Shown piece by piece: positions 8,376-18,924 of a stretch of 64,000 nucleotides of DNA. Numbering within the stretch: position 1 is the stretch's first letter; every line of letters starts with the position of its first letter. The position numbers and the translations under genes are program-made. Below the pieces are notes generated by a model, which worked only from the letters and a program-made list of their open reading frames with translations, did not search any database and was not told the origin of the DNA. The DNA is from an uncultured bacterium (GTDB taxonomy: Bacteria; Patescibacteriota; Microgenomatia; Levybacterales; UBA12049), in NCBI GenBank assembly GCA_963826535.1, contig CAWGXL010000011.1:728581-792580 (forward strand), in the 5' to 3' direction.

Positions 8376-9980
8376 ATGGTTTTCTATCGTAAATATCGTT
8401 CGCAGAAAATTGATGAATTAGATAGTACTCATGTAAGGCAATCAATTTTGTCTATATTGTCTAAAGAGCCACCGCATGCATTTCTATTTACCGGACCAAA
8501 GGGGTTGGGGAAGACATCGGCAGCAAGGATTGTCGCTAAGGCGGTTAATTGTGAGAAGAAGAAGCAAGAAGCAGGAAGCAAGAATCAAGGGGAGAAAAAG
8601 TCTAAAGAATCGAATAAGATTGAGCCTTGCAATAAGTGTGAACAGTGCGTGTCTATAACTAATGGTATGAATATGGATGTGATGGAGATTGATGCTGCGT
8701 CGAATCGGGGAATAGATGAAATACGAGATTTGCGGGAGAAAATTTGGCTTGCTCCGCTTTCCGCAAGCAAAAAAGTATATATTATAGATGAAGTTCACAT
8801 GTTGACAACTGAAGCATTTAACGCACTGCTCAAGACAATTGAAGAACCACCTGATCACGCAATGTTTGTTTTGTGTACGACTGAGCCACAGAAGGTACCT
8901 GCGACAATTATTTCAAGGTGTTTTCATGTTCAATTCAATTTGGCAACAGAGGATGAAATTGTCCGTTCGATTAAACGGATTGTAATTGGAGAAAAAATGT
9001 CAATCGATGATGATGTACTTCCTCTAATCGCTCAAAGGTCTGAAGGGGGATTCCGTGATGCGGCAAAAATTTTGGAAGAGTTGTCTTTAAAATCTAACGA
9101 AAAGAAGATCACAAAGGAGTCATTTGAAAAATTATATAAGACTTCAACAATTCTTCTAAAGGTTATGGATTTTTTGGCTGCATTAAAAGCCAGAGATACA
9201 AAGTCGGGTTTGCAGGTAGTTACGGAATTAGTAAATGAAGGGGTAGATTTAAAATTTTTTATAGCGGAGACATTAATGGATTTACATAAAAAACTTTTAA
9301 TAAACTTAGGAGTAGGAACTGAACAGACAAGCCAGTTGCCGGTTAATCTGCGTTTTGAAGTAAATGAAATAAAGTCACTTTCCGAGCTTTTAAATAAGGC
9401 GTATCAGGAAATGAAATTTGCGGTTTTACCACAGTTGCCCCTGGAGCTAGCAATTATAGAATTTATAGATTCTGAAAAGACCCTGCTGAGCGGGGCAAAG
9501 CAGAAAGCAGGAGATGAAGTGACAGTAGCCACGCTTCGTAAAGAGGTTGGCGGGAAACTTATGGCAAAGGCGCTTTATGGAAATGTTATTGCAAAACCGG
9601 GCAACAGTCGAAGCCCGACTTCGCAGAATGTTGCAGCTGATGATAAAAAGAAAATCTCTGAGACAGTTATTGAGCTTATGCATGTTCCTGCGAATGGAGA
9701 AGTAACTAAAGAATGGATGGATGCTTTGTGGAAAGGTATAATTGAGGAAATGAGAAAATATAATCATACTATTGCCGGAGTTCTAAGGGGTTGCAGAATC
9801 GTGAGCTATGATAACCTGCCTGCCGGCAGGCAGGGAAAATTGTTAGTGATCGGGGCAGCGTATGAATTTCATAAAGAGCGTCTTGACGATAAAAAAGCCC
9901 GTCAGTCTTTGAGAAGCGTATGTAAGATGCTTACTGGTAATGATGTGGAGATTGAGGTAAAATTAAATAATAAATCTTAA
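8376..9980 (+). CDS. dnaX: DNA polymerase III gamma/tau subunit
   Basis: YRKYR, GPKGLGKT, EIDAASNRG, IIDEVHML and SRC motifs. Confidence 0.96.
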   Translation: MVFYRKYRSQKIDELDSTHVRQSILSILSKEPPHAFLFTGPKGLGKTSAARIVAKAVNCEKKKQEAGSKNQGEKKSKESNKIEPCNKCEQCVSITNGMNMDVMEIDAASNRGIDEIRDLREKIWLAPLSASKKVYIIDEVHMLTTEAFNALLKTIEEPPDHAMFVLCTTEPQKVPATIISRCFHVQFNLATEDEIVRSIKRIVIGEKMSIDDDVLPLIAQRSEGGFRDAAKILEELSLKSNEKKITKESFEKLYKTSTILLKVMDFLAALKARDTKSGLQVVTELVNEGVDLKFFIAETLMDLHKKLLINLGVGTEQTSQLPVNLRFEVNEIKSLSELLNKAYQEMKFAVLPQLPLELAIIEFIDSEKTLLSGAKQKAGDEVTVATLRKEVGGKLMAKALYGNVIAKPGNSRSPTSQNVAADDKKKISETVIELMHVPANGEVTKEWMDALWKGIIEEMRKYNHTIAGVLRGCRIVSYDNLPAGRQGKLLVIGAAYEFHKERLDDKKARQSLRSVCKMLTGNDVEIEVKLNNKS

Positions 9981-9983
9981 GCG

Positions 9984-10073
9984 CTAATATCTAAATTCTA
10001 AACAATATCAAAATTCAAATGTTTTAAATTTATGTTTTTGGATTTCAAAATTTGTTTAGGATTTAGAATTTTG
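9984..10073. repeat. AT-rich heptamer-type inverted repeat (related family)
   Basis: ctaaattctaaacaa ... ttgtttaggatttag complementary arms. Confidence 0.65.
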
Positions 10074-10091
10074 TAGAGGAGGTGAGTATTT

Positions 10092-10382
10092 ATGTTTAAT
10101 CCATTTGGACAAATATCAGAACTTAAAAAGATGCGCGATCAGGCAATGGCAATCCAACGCCAGCTTCAACAGAAGGTTTTGGATATCAATAAGAGCGGAG
10201 TTTATGTTCGTATCAGCGGGGATCAGAAAGTGATCGAGATACGCACAAATGGCAAATCCGATAATGATATTAAAGAAGCGGTGAATGAAGCGATAAAAAA
10301 ATCCCAGGAAGTTGCAGCCAAAGAGCTTCAATCGATGAGTGGTGGAATGGGCGGTCTGGGCGGATTATTAGGGGGGAAGTAA
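10092..10382 (+). CDS. ybaB: YbaB/EbfC nucleoid-associated protein
   Basis: Lies after dnaX and before recR; typical size and sequence; SD GGAGGTGA. Confidence 0.88.
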   Translation: MFNPFGQISELKKMRDQAMAIQRQLQQKVLDINKSGVYVRISGDQKVIEIRTNGKSDNDIKEAVNEAIKKSQEVAAKELQSMSGGMGGLGGLLGGK

Positions 10383-10446
10383 AGTTAATAGACTGTTTCT
10401 CTTTTTCCGTCTCTAAATCGAGAAATTTATTTCATGCCTTTTGCAC

Positions 10447-10629
10447 TTACTTGTGGGTTGGTTTTTCCTTTAAGTCCTGTCCTACCGGTCCAGAATCAGC
10501 AGGTTTAATGCTTGGATTTAGTAATTTTTCTTTACCTCTAATTAGCCGGTCTAGTAGTGTTCTCTGGGAATTTTTATGCGGTTCTATATCTCCGGAAAGC
10601 CCGCCGAACCATACATCGAAACGTTTCAT
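10447..10629 (-). CDS. Small hypothetical protein (60 aa)
   Basis: ATG-initiated ORF filling the gap between ybaB and prs. Confidence 0.35.
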   Translation of the reverse strand: MKRFDVWFGGLSGDIEPHKNSQRTLLDRLIRGKEKLLNPSIKPADSGPVGQDLKEKPTHK

Positions 10630-10698
10630 GCAAATTATTATAAGCGATTCAAATGTGGTTGTAAAGATGGGGCTATTCGTAGTATTATACAGTAGCAG

Positions 10699-11604
10699 AT
10701 GAAAATATTCAGTGGGAGTTCGAATAAGCCTTTGGCTAAAAAGATTGCGCGTGGTTTGGGGCAAAAACTTTCTCCTCTGGAGATTTTTATTTTTTCCGAT
10801 GGGGAACGGCGGGTGCGGATTGAGGAGCATATTGTTGGTGAGGATGCAGTTATAGTTCAATCTACTTCGACTCCCGGAGATCAGAATTATATGGAGTTGT
10901 TTTTTATGGCGGATGCGGCAGCCCGCAGCGGGGCGAAGTCGATAACTGCTGTTGTACCGTATTTGGGTTATCAACGGCAAGATCATGTATTTCGTGATGG
11001 AGAAGCTGTGTCAATGGACGTAATTGTAGAGACGCTTGAGGCGGTTGGTATTAATTCGCTGATTGCTTTTGACCTGCATTCAATTAAAATACCAGAGGTT
11101 TTTAAGATCCCAGTTTTACATCTTTCTGCCTTACCATTATTCGCCGAGGAGATTGGTTGTCGAGGATGGATTACCCCGGATACAGTTCTTGTTTCTCCGG
11201 ATATGGGCGGGATCCGGCGGATTAAAATACTTTCCGGATTATTAGGGAAGATGCCATTTGCCGCTATTGAGAAACAGCGAGATCTAGCGACGGGACGAGT
11301 TGAAGCATTGCGAATTGAAGGAAAAGTGGCGCGTCGGGCAATTATGGTAGATGATATGATTTCTTCAGGAAGCACGATGGTGAAAGCAGCGGAGCTACTG
11401 CATGAGCGCGGGGTTGAGGAGGTATATGTTTTTGCTACGCATCCAGTTTTTAGCGCCCGAGCACCGATGCTACTTCAAGACTCGTTGATACAAGATATTT
11501 ATGTTACCGATACCGTATATATTCCTCTCGATAAGTATTTTCCAAAATTGACTGTCTTGTCGGTTGCGGATCGAATTGCGAAGGAAATTGAAGAAAAAAT
11601 GTGA
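10699..11604 (+). CDS. prs: Ribose-phosphate pyrophosphokinase
   Basis: FSDGE, PYLGYQRQD, DLH, VSPDMGG and VDDMISSGST motifs. Confidence 0.96.
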   Translation: MKIFSGSSNKPLAKKIARGLGQKLSPLEIFIFSDGERRVRIEEHIVGEDAVIVQSTSTPGDQNYMELFFMADAAARSGAKSITAVVPYLGYQRQDHVFRDGEAVSMDVIVETLEAVGINSLIAFDLHSIKIPEVFKIPVLHLSALPLFAEEIGCRGWITPDTVLVSPDMGGIRRIKILSGLLGKMPFAAIEKQRDLATGRVEALRIEGKVARRAIMVDDMISSGSTMVKAAELLHERGVEEVYVFATHPVFSARAPMLLQDSLIQDIYVTDTVYIPLDKYFPKLTVLSVADRIAKEIEEKM

Positions 11605-12221
11605 AAATTCCACGAGCTATTCAACAGATGATTGAGAGTTTTGAGCGGTTGCCGGGAATCGGACCGAAGACCGCGCAGCGTCTGACTTTTTACCTTCTTC
11701 ATGTGCCTCAAGGCGAATTAGATCGTTTCGCGCAGGCGGTGCAGAGTGTACGAAAAGATACTTTAATGTGTTCGATTTGTTGGGGTGTTGGTGAGAGAAG
11801 TCCGTGTGAAATTTGTGCAGATATAAAACGAGAACGAAATGTTATTTGTGTGGTTGAGCAGCCGCTTGATGTTTTAGCAATTGAGAGGAGCGGGAAATTT
11901 CATGGGGTTTATCATGTACTGCATGGGAGAATTGATCCGCTCAGTAATATTGGACCAGACGAGATTCGCATAAGCGAACTCGTTTTAAGAATCAAGAATC
12001 AAGAATCAAGAATCAAGGAGGTTATATTAGCTACTAATCCAACAATGGAGGGAGAAGCGACAGCGATGTATATTGCTAAGCAACTTAGGGCTTTGAATTT
12101 AGATCTAAAAATAACAAGAATTGGTAGAGGACTTCCGACAGGGGCGGATTTGGAATACGCGGATCCGATGACGCTTACGCGGGCGTTGGAGGGGAGAAGT
12201 AATTATGGTGAAGTTTTTTAA
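11601..12221 (+). CDS. recR: Recombination protein RecR
   Basis: LPGIGPKTAQRL HhH, C4 zinc finger and TOPRIM (ATNPTMEGEATA). Confidence 0.96.
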   Translation: MKIPRAIQQMIESFERLPGIGPKTAQRLTFYLLHVPQGELDRFAQAVQSVRKDTLMCSICWGVGERSPCEICADIKRERNVICVVEQPLDVLAIERSGKFHGVYHVLHGRIDPLSNIGPDEIRISELVLRIKNQESRIKEVILATNPTMEGEATAMYIAKQLRALNLDLKITRIGRGLPTGADLEYADPMTLTRALEGRSNYGEVF

Positions 12222-12783
12222 TCAGGGAGAGATGGGAATTGAGGGGGTTGCCGGAGCTGTTGGTAATGCGGCAAAAAGCGCAGTTAAGACAACGACTGCA
12301 CAAGTAGATGCTACTTCGAATGATATTGCGAATCAGCTTTATGGCCAGCCGCCTGATGCAGCATCCTTGCAGGCGGGGTTAACAGGTTCACAGGAACAAA
12401 TGGATCCAAATGGCGATAAAGGAATTGAGGCAGCCGGGCAGGGAAAAGCAACGGCTGCTTTGAAAGCACAGAGTAATGTGCGAAATCCAGCGGCGCAGTC
12501 GGCTGCGTATCGTCGTCAGAATTTGTTGAAAAGTAAGTCGCCTGATGATGTAGACAAATTAGAGAGGCTAAGGAAGTTGCTTCATGATGAGCAGGTGAGA
12601 GATATTATGGAGCCGAGAAAACAGCAACCTGAAGAATCGGTTGCAGATAAACAAGCCCGCGAGGAGGAAGAGAAAAAGAAAAAGAAACAAGAGAAGCAAT
12701 ATGTTGAAGAGAAAAAGAAGGAGGATTTGGCTGTGACACAAAAGAAAACTTCTATTGAGAATAAGGCATGGGGGGCGGGGTGA
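12205..12783 (+). CDS. Hypothetical protein with Lys/Glu-rich C-terminus
   Basis: ORF overlapping the recR stop. Confidence 0.65.
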   Translation: MVKFFNQGEMGIEGVAGAVGNAAKSAVKTTTAQVDATSNDIANQLYGQPPDAASLQAGLTGSQEQMDPNGDKGIEAAGQGKATAALKAQSNVRNPAAQSAAYRRQNLLKSKSPDDVDKLERLRKLLHDEQVRDIMEPRKQQPEESVADKQAREEEEKKKKKQEKQYVEEKKKEDLAVTQKKTSIENKAWGAG

Positions 12784-12787
12784 TTTA

Positions 12788-12852
12788 GTTCAAAGTTCAA
12801 AGTTTAAAGTTCAAAGTTTCCCACAGGGGGACTACCTTCTTCGAAGGGTCGC
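12788..12852 (+). repeat. TTCAAAG heptamer run plus 33-nt hairpin module
   Basis: Same module as 2732-2765. Confidence 0.8.
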
Positions 12853-12870
12853 ATTAATATAAATAAGATT

Positions 12871-13473
12871 ATGATTGATACGAAGAGACATTGGTTTTTG
12901 GGGTTGGAGAAAGTGGTTGGGCGGGCGTTTAATATTTTGCCTGTGACGCCGAATCAGTATACAGTGCTTTCAGGCATATTTGCTTTGGTGGGTTTGTATT
13001 TCATGATAACGCATAGTTTAATATGGGCGATAGTATTCTTTTTTATCGCAGCAGGTTTGGATTTTGTTGACGGAGCAGTTGCCAGAATCCGGCACGTTTC
13101 AACAAAGATGGGGGCATATCTTGATACTATTTTTGATAGATATGTTGAGGGAATTATTTTTTTTGGAATGATTTTTTTAAATCTTCCACAGGTTTTAATT
13201 CCAGGATATGCCTGGATTTTTTTGGCTGTTTTTGGATCTGTGATCACAACTTATGCGAAAGCGGCAGCAAAGGAGAAAGACTTGGTCAATCAGGAATTGA
13301 AGGGGGGACTTATGTCAAGAGGGGAGAGGTTTATTTTGATATTTTTGGCTTTAATAGCGGGGATTATTTATCCGGATTATTTATACATGACTTATTTGAT
13401 TATCATTATAGCAGTTTTGTCTAATATTACCGCGGTTCAGAGGATTTACTCCGCTATTAAAATAAATAAATAG
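12871..13473 (+). CDS. CDP-alcohol phosphatidyltransferase (PI-phosphate/archaetidylinositol-phosphate synthase-like)
   Basis: DxxDGxxAR...GxxLDxxxD motif; GGLMSRGER. Confidence 0.9.
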   Translation: MIDTKRHWFLGLEKVVGRAFNILPVTPNQYTVLSGIFALVGLYFMITHSLIWAIVFFFIAAGLDFVDGAVARIRHVSTKMGAYLDTIFDRYVEGIIFFGMIFLNLPQVLIPGYAWIFLAVFGSVITTYAKAAAKEKDLVNQELKGGLMSRGERFILIFLALIAGIIYPDYLYMTYLIIIIAVLSNITAVQRIYSAIKINK

Positions 13474-13491
13474 TTTATTTTCTTACCATTG

Positions 13492-14355
13492 TTAATCAAA
13501 TGCTCTCAAGGCGTTTTCATGAAGCAGTCCATTCGTTGCTAAAAAATCATTCCTGGCATCCTTTCCTCCCGTCACAAAATCAAATTTACCACTTCCATCC
13601 ATTCTAGTCACTTGCCCACCTGCCTCCTGGACCAATAATAACCCCGGCAAATCCCAAGTTGGTTGTGCTCTGGCTACAGCTATATCAAACCTCCCGGCAG
13701 CTAAATTTGCCAATACATAAGAAGTAGATCCCGGAATATTTGTCCCTCTGCACCTTCTTGCCAATTTAGCAACATCCCGATCATAGTTCCAAAGTTCATC
13801 CTGTCGCACAGCAAGTGCTGCATCTTTAATATTATCTGTTTTTGTAACACCTAACATTCTCGTGCGCTTCTTACCATTCCATACTTCGTCAACATAAGCA
13901 CCCAGTCCTCTTTTTGCGTAATATAATTCCGGACCTTCAGTACCGATAGGCACATAAATCATTGAGAAATCAAAATTACCATTCTTTACATGGCCAATTG
14001 CCAAGGACCAATCCCTACCTCCTCTTGCGAAAACAAAAGTGCCATCAATTGCATCAATTACCCAATAATCCTTTCCAAGATCCTCTCCTCCTTTTTCCTC
14101 GCCCAATATCTTTGCCCCCGGAAATTTTTTTCTGATCAAATGGCTAATATCTGACTCTAATATGGGATCTGCAATAGTGACAATAGAATGGTGGTTTTCC
14201 TTGCTTTCAGCCTGGACACCTTTACGCCAAAAATCGCGAGCCTTTTCGCCGATTATTATTATTTCATCTCCTAAGCGATTCATTTCCTCAAACTTTCCTA
14301 AATTAGTCTCTACCGACTGTTGGCCAATAATTAAGATTTCTCTATTCATTTTCAT
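13492..14355 (-). CDS. Inositol monophosphatase family protein
   Basis: GEE, WVIDAIDGT, WD and EAGG motifs. Confidence 0.9.
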   Translation of the reverse strand: MKMNREILIIGQQSVETNLGKFEEMNRLGDEIIIIGEKARDFWRKGVQAESKENHHSIVTIADPILESDISHLIRKKFPGAKILGEEKGGEDLGKDYWVIDAIDGTFVFARGGRDWSLAIGHVKNGNFDFSMIYVPIGTEGPELYYAKRGLGAYVDEVWNGKKRTRMLGVTKTDNIKDAALAVRQDELWNYDRDVAKLARRCRGTNIPGSTSYVLANLAAGRFDIAVARAQPTWDLPGLLLVQEAGGQVTRMDGSGKFDFVTGGKDARNDFLATNGLLHENALRAFD

Positions 14356-14436
14356 AATCAGCCTATTATACACCGAATTAATTATTTTCAATGGTAAAAA
14401 ACTACATTTTTATATGATATGATCATTTAATCACCA

Positions 14437-15396
14437 ATGCACAAACAACAGCCTATAAAAATACAAGGACTCGGTATGTTTGCTTCGGCTATGATCTGGG
14501 GCACTTGGGTACTTGTCCTCAGCGGAAATAGTTTACCCGGGTTTTTTGTCACTGCAATAACCTCCTTCACCGGTTTCCTTTGCCTATTAGTCTATATTCT
14601 TATTACCCGCAAGCAAAAACTTTTTCTGGAAGCCTTCAGGATCCCTAGCTTGATGAAGTTTGTAGCTCTAATCGCATTTCTGGAAGCCATTCAAAACGCA
14701 CTTTTTATGGTAGCGTTCTCACTCGCAATCAAAGATGGCGGCTCCGTTTTTATCCCTTTAATCAGGTCATTTATAGGAATTATCACGCCTATTATCGCGG
14801 TCTTTGCCGCCAAAAAGGAATTTTCCTATCTCTACCTGCTTTACGGTATCATCTCAACCATAGGCGCAATTCTCATATTTAGTTGGGAAGGCTTAAACAC
14901 TTCAAGCCGCATAAGCTATTTAGGACTCTCGATGGTTATTGGCTCAGTGATAATTACCAGCTTCGTAGCAATTTTTCAGAGATATATGGCGCTAAAAATG
15001 AAATCAGTCGGGCAACAAGCATCAGTAGTCATCACTTACCAAACCTTGTTATCTGCCATCTTCCTATCACCACTCGTTATAGGTTATTTATTATTAAATA
15101 TTAATTTAGTTAAACCCAGCCTTCTCACACAATTAGCCTATATTGGTTTCTTTGGACTCACACACGTAGCCCTTGCCTTCGTCCTCAAACTTAATGCACT
15201 GAAACATATCACCGCTCAACAAGTAGTTATAATTGCCTATTTAGAGCCTGTTACGAGTGTTGCCTTATCTATAATTTTTTTAAAAGAAACAATAAATTTG
15301 GGATATATAATAGGGGCAATTCTTATTCTCGGCTCCGCAATCGCAGCAGGATTACAATCAACATCTTCTAAACAAACTCTTAAGCATTCAACTTAA
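14437..15396 (+). CDS. DMT/EamA family transporter
   Basis: About 10 hydrophobic segments; IWG and YLEPV..LKE motifs. Confidence 0.85.
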   Translation: MHKQQPIKIQGLGMFASAMIWGTWVLVLSGNSLPGFFVTAITSFTGFLCLLVYILITRKQKLFLEAFRIPSLMKFVALIAFLEAIQNALFMVAFSLAIKDGGSVFIPLIRSFIGIITPIIAVFAAKKEFSYLYLLYGIISTIGAILIFSWEGLNTSSRISYLGLSMVIGSVIITSFVAIFQRYMALKMKSVGQQASVVITYQTLLSAIFLSPLVIGYLLLNINLVKPSLLTQLAYIGFFGLTHVALAFVLKLNALKHITAQQVVIIAYLEPVTSVALSIIFLKETINLGYIIGAILILGSAIAAGLQSTSSKQTLKHST

Positions 15397-15514
15397 ACCC
15401 AAAACAAAATTTTTCAAAATGGACGGAGTATTTGAAAATTTATAAAGTAGGAATTTAATTCCTTGATTGAGTTATGTATTTTCTAACCAATATGGAATTT
15501 ATGCAACCTTAATA

Positions 15515-16393
15515 TTATTTTTTCTGGACGACTAACAAACTTTGAGGAGTATTTATATCCCTGTAATTAGGAAAGCCGATAAATTTTTTTACAAGAGTTT
15601 TAAATTTTCTCTTTTCAAAAATTTTACTCCAATCTTCTAAGGTTCTAAAAGTACCGGGAACTGGCATTTTTTCTTTTTGTCCCAAAATCCGATTCGCAAT
15701 CCAATCACAAATGAACATTATTTTTTGGCGATCTCCGGTATTCCATTGCATGAATTTATTATAAAATTTTAAGCCATTTTCAGGTGCAATGCTGGTTGAG
15801 TAGGAATCTTCAAGTATGATTATCTTTGACTTTGTTTTTAGATTCTCTTGTACGTATTCAAGGTAGCGTTGTTGCTCGTCGTATTTCATATGATGGAGCA
15901 CCCAAGTGAGTACAACCGAATCCGGTTTCTCCTTTTTTAGAAATTCAGTAAAATAATCTTCTTTTACAACTTCGAATCTAACTTTTTCGTTCTGAAGAGT
16001 TTTCCATTCGGGATAGGTATTTATATCTATTCCTATTACTTGTCCAAATCTATTATCTTGTGAGTAACGTTTGGCTAAAAATCCTCTACCGCAGCCTACA
16101 TCAATTATTTTTTTCGAAGATGGGGTTGCCGGAACTACATAAGTATTAAAATATTTAGGAACAAGATTTTGATAGAAACCTATTGAGAATATTTTAGTAA
16201 GTTCATCCTGCCATTTCAGGCCAAACTTTTTAACGTCTAAATTTTCGAGATTATTCAGAAGATCATCGAGAAAACTTTTTGAATATCCAATAGAAGAAAG
16301 ACTACTGCTTAAGCTTTCTTTAATAAAAGTGGCAAGATTTTTATTGCTTTTAAGTATTTTTTGAATATCAATGTATTGAAAATTTTCGGACAT
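15515..16393 (-). CDS. Class I SAM-dependent methyltransferase
   Basis: IIDVGCGRG, GIDI and WVLHH motifs. Confidence 0.85.
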   Translation of the reverse strand: MSENFQYIDIQKILKSNKNLATFIKESLSSSLSSIGYSKSFLDDLLNNLENLDVKKFGLKWQDELTKIFSIGFYQNLVPKYFNTYVVPATPSSKKIIDVGCGRGFLAKRYSQDNRFGQVIGIDINTYPEWKTLQNEKVRFEVVKEDYFTEFLKKEKPDSVVLTWVLHHMKYDEQQRYLEYVQENLKTKSKIIILEDSYSTSIAPENGLKFYNKFMQWNTGDRQKIMFICDWIANRILGQKEKMPVPGTFRTLEDWSKIFEKRKFKTLVKKFIGFPNYRDINTPQSLLVVQKK

Positions 16394-16481
16394 ATTTGTT
16401 ATAAACCAAATTAGACTTAAAACCATTTTTTCTAAAGAGAACTGAATTTTTTTAATTTTATAAAACAGAACTAGCTGGTAA

Positions 16482-17006
16482 TTATCGCTTTTGCATGTTA
16501 AAAAATTCCAGATTACTAACCCCAAATGGCTCAATATTATGAATCCTAGCAGCATGTGCAAACACCATATCGTTATAATCCCTTTTTGTCATAGGTCCTT
16601 CTATATCAACTTCAGGTAATCTCTTTTTAATTAGTCTTAATCTGTCATTGGCGGTAATTACTCCTCTAGCGATATTAATTGCTTTTAACAAATCACTACC
16701 CGGGTCTCCTCTTTGAAATTCAGTAGTACTAAAATGACCACCGGTGTGAAACTCGCTATAGCGTAGTTTTTCACCTTTTGAGGTTATTGACGAATATTCT
16801 GTTCTAAAAAAATAATTATCTAAAATCGCTGTCCCACTATCTTTTAAATCTACCTGGCGACTTTCAATTTTATATACAGGTTTAGCTTCAACTTTCTTAC
16901 AACCTTCGCGTTCAACTAGTTCTACAAAATTTTCTAGTGATGATGCATCAATAGCTGCTTTTTTTTCAGAGGCCTCTTCGTCATGCCCTGTTTTTCGCTC
17001 TGTCAT
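16482..17006 (-). CDS. Hypothetical protein
   Basis: ATG ORF of 174 aa. Confidence 0.6.
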   Translation of the reverse strand: MTERKTGHDEEASEKKAAIDASSLENFVELVEREGCKKVEAKPVYKIESRQVDLKDSGTAILDNYFFRTEYSSITSKGEKLRYSEFHTGGHFSTTEFQRGDPGSDLLKAINIARGVITANDRLRLIKKRLPEVDIEGPMTKRDYNDMVFAHAARIHNIEPFGVSNLEFFNMQKR

Positions 17007-17166
17007 TTCTATATTTATAATGCTTTCTAGGCAGACAAAATTCTTTTATGATTATAAATAAAAAATACTTTATGTACAATACTCTCTTTAGATTCTAAAT
17101 GACTATACTTGAGCGATGTCAATTTTGAGGAATTTTGAGTTATTAAAAGTGTGATATACTACCTGT

Positions 17167-17454
17167 GTGTCAGCAAAAGTTAATATAAATATCTTGGTAA
17201 ACACATTTAAAGAAGGCGATATATATATCGCTTATTCACCCATGCTTGATCTCTCGACGTATGCCCCGACTTTTGAAAAAGCTCAAAAGCGATTTAGGGA
17301 GGCAGTGCAAATATTTTTTGAGGAACTGGACGAAAAAGGTACTACTGAGGAAGTGCTGACAAGTCTGGGATGGAGAAAAATAAAAGATGAATGGACTCCT
17401 CCGTTACCTATTCATAATGAGGTGAGTTCGTTTATGGTGCCTCTTGCAACCTAA
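17167..17454 (+). CDS. hicB: HicB-like antitoxin (short)
   Basis: YIAYSPMLDLST...TFEKAQKRFREAV RNase H-like fold; adjacent to hicA. Confidence 0.75.
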   Translation: MSAKVNINILVNTFKEGDIYIAYSPMLDLSTYAPTFEKAQKRFREAVQIFFEELDEKGTTEEVLTSLGWRKIKDEWTPPLPIHNEVSSFMVPLAT

Positions 17455-17457
17455 ATT

Positions 17458-17688
17458 ATGCCTCAAGTTAGACCTATAAAAAGGAGAAAGTATGAAAAAT
17501 TTCTCAAGCTTGTTGGTTGCGAGTTGCAACGTACAAAAGGCGATCATCTTATCTATTCACGTCCTGGATTGAAAAGGCCTGTTGTTATTACTTCGGACTC
17601 TGAGGTACCTGTTTTTCATATTCGTACCAACCTAAGAACGCTTGGAATGACAGTTGAAGAGTATCTTAATATTATCGAGAAGATGTAA
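17458..17688 (+). CDS. hicA: HicA family toxin
   Basis: RTKGDHLIY..PG..RPVVI motif. Confidence 0.85.
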   Translation: MPQVRPIKRRKYEKFLKLVGCELQRTKGDHLIYSRPGLKRPVVITSDSEVPVFHIRTNLRTLGMTVEEYLNIIEKM

Positions 17689-17705
17689 GTCTAAAATCTT
17701 GTAGC

Positions 17706-18788
17706 TTATGATTTAATGAAATCTTCTACTTTTTGTATTGCCTGGGAGTCTGTGAATTGCTTGGGGGGGGATTTCATGAAGTAGGAACTTGGAGCTTCCA
17801 GGGGGCCGCCGATTTTCCGGTCGATAGCCAGTTTGGCACATCTTATTGCGTCGATAACGATGCCTGCGGAGTTGGGAGAATCCTCGACGGACAGGCGCAG
17901 TTCGATATTCATGGGAATATCACCAAAATGTCTGCTTTCAATGCGGATGAATGCAACTTTGTTATCATTTAGCCATGGCACATAATCACTCGGGCCGATA
18001 TGAACGTTTTCAGAAGCGATTTTTTGATCACGCAGTTCCAGCTGTGATGTAACTGATTTAGTCTTGGAAATTTTTTTGGAAGTTAACCTGCTTCGCGAAA
18101 GCATATTTTGAAAATCCGTATTTCCTCCGACATTTAGTTGATATGTCTTGTCTACAGGCATTCCACGGTCCAGGAATAAATTTGCCAATGTGCGGTGGAC
18201 AATCGTTGCTCCAACTTGGGATTTGATGTCATCTCCGATTATAGGAATATTGGCTTTGATGAAAAGATCAGCCCATTTTTTATCGGATGCTATAAAAACT
18301 GGTAGACAGTTTACTAACGCTACATTTGTTTTCAGGCAGATATCGGCCCAATATTCTGTGGCTTTTTGACTTCCGACGGGTAGATAGTTTATCAAAATTT
18401 CAGCGCCTGATTCTTTAAGAATTGTGACGGGGTCAATGGTGTTTTCTTTGCTTGGGATAACAACTTCCCTCGTATATTCTCCAATACCGTCCAAAACGGG
18501 CACGTTTTGTACAATAACGCCTGTGTTTGGAACACGCGCAAATAGCTTAGTATTATTCGGGAAAGCATAGATCGCTTCTGAGATATCTTTTCCAACTTTT
18601 GTTTCATTCACGTCAAAAGCGGTAACTACCTGGATATCTGCGATTGCATAGCCTCCAAGTATTGTGTGCATGAGTCCTACGACTTTTTTGTCAGCAGTGG
18701 CATTTTTGTAGTATTCGAGGCCTTGTATAAGGGAAGAGGCGCAATTTCCTACTCCAACGATCGCGATCTTGATTTTTTTGTTTGCCAT
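17706..18788 (-). CDS. ino1: Myo-inositol-1-phosphate synthase
   Basis: [39 protein letters not shown] and YFMKSPP motifs. Confidence 0.96.
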   Translation of the reverse strand: MANKKIKIAIVGVGNCASSLIQGLEYYKNATADKKVVGLMHTILGGYAIADIQVVTAFDVNETKVGKDISEAIYAFPNNTKLFARVPNTGVIVQNVPVLDGIGEYTREVVIPSKENTIDPVTILKESGAEILINYLPVGSQKATEYWADICLKTNVALVNCLPVFIASDKKWADLFIKANIPIIGDDIKSQVGATIVHRTLANLFLDRGMPVDKTYQLNVGGNTDFQNMLSRSRLTSKKISKTKSVTSQLELRDQKIASENVHIGPSDYVPWLNDNKVAFIRIESRHFGDIPMNIELRLSVEDSPNSAGIVIDAIRCAKLAIDRKIGGPLEAPSSYFMKSPPKQFTDSQAIQKVEDFIKS

Positions 18789-18793
18789 TTAAT

Positions 18794-18861
18794 ATGTCAT
18801 TGCGAGGAGCGTAGCTACGTGGCAATCTATAAAGATTGCTTCGCTGCGCTCGCAATGACAT
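18794..18861. repeat. REP-like palindrome (GTCATTGCGAG...CTCGCAATGAC family)
   Basis: Inverted arms; a half-copy lies at 7713-7752. Confidence 0.85.
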
Positions 18862-18924
18862 AAATTTATCATATTAGATACTATTAGTAAAATTAATGTA
18901 ATTTATGGTGTATAATATATATTA

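Noticed and set aside
9885-9900. dnaX programmed -1 frameshift
   Set aside because: The A6G run is in the wrong phase (AAA AAA G) and close to the C-terminus, with no clear stimulatory hairpin.
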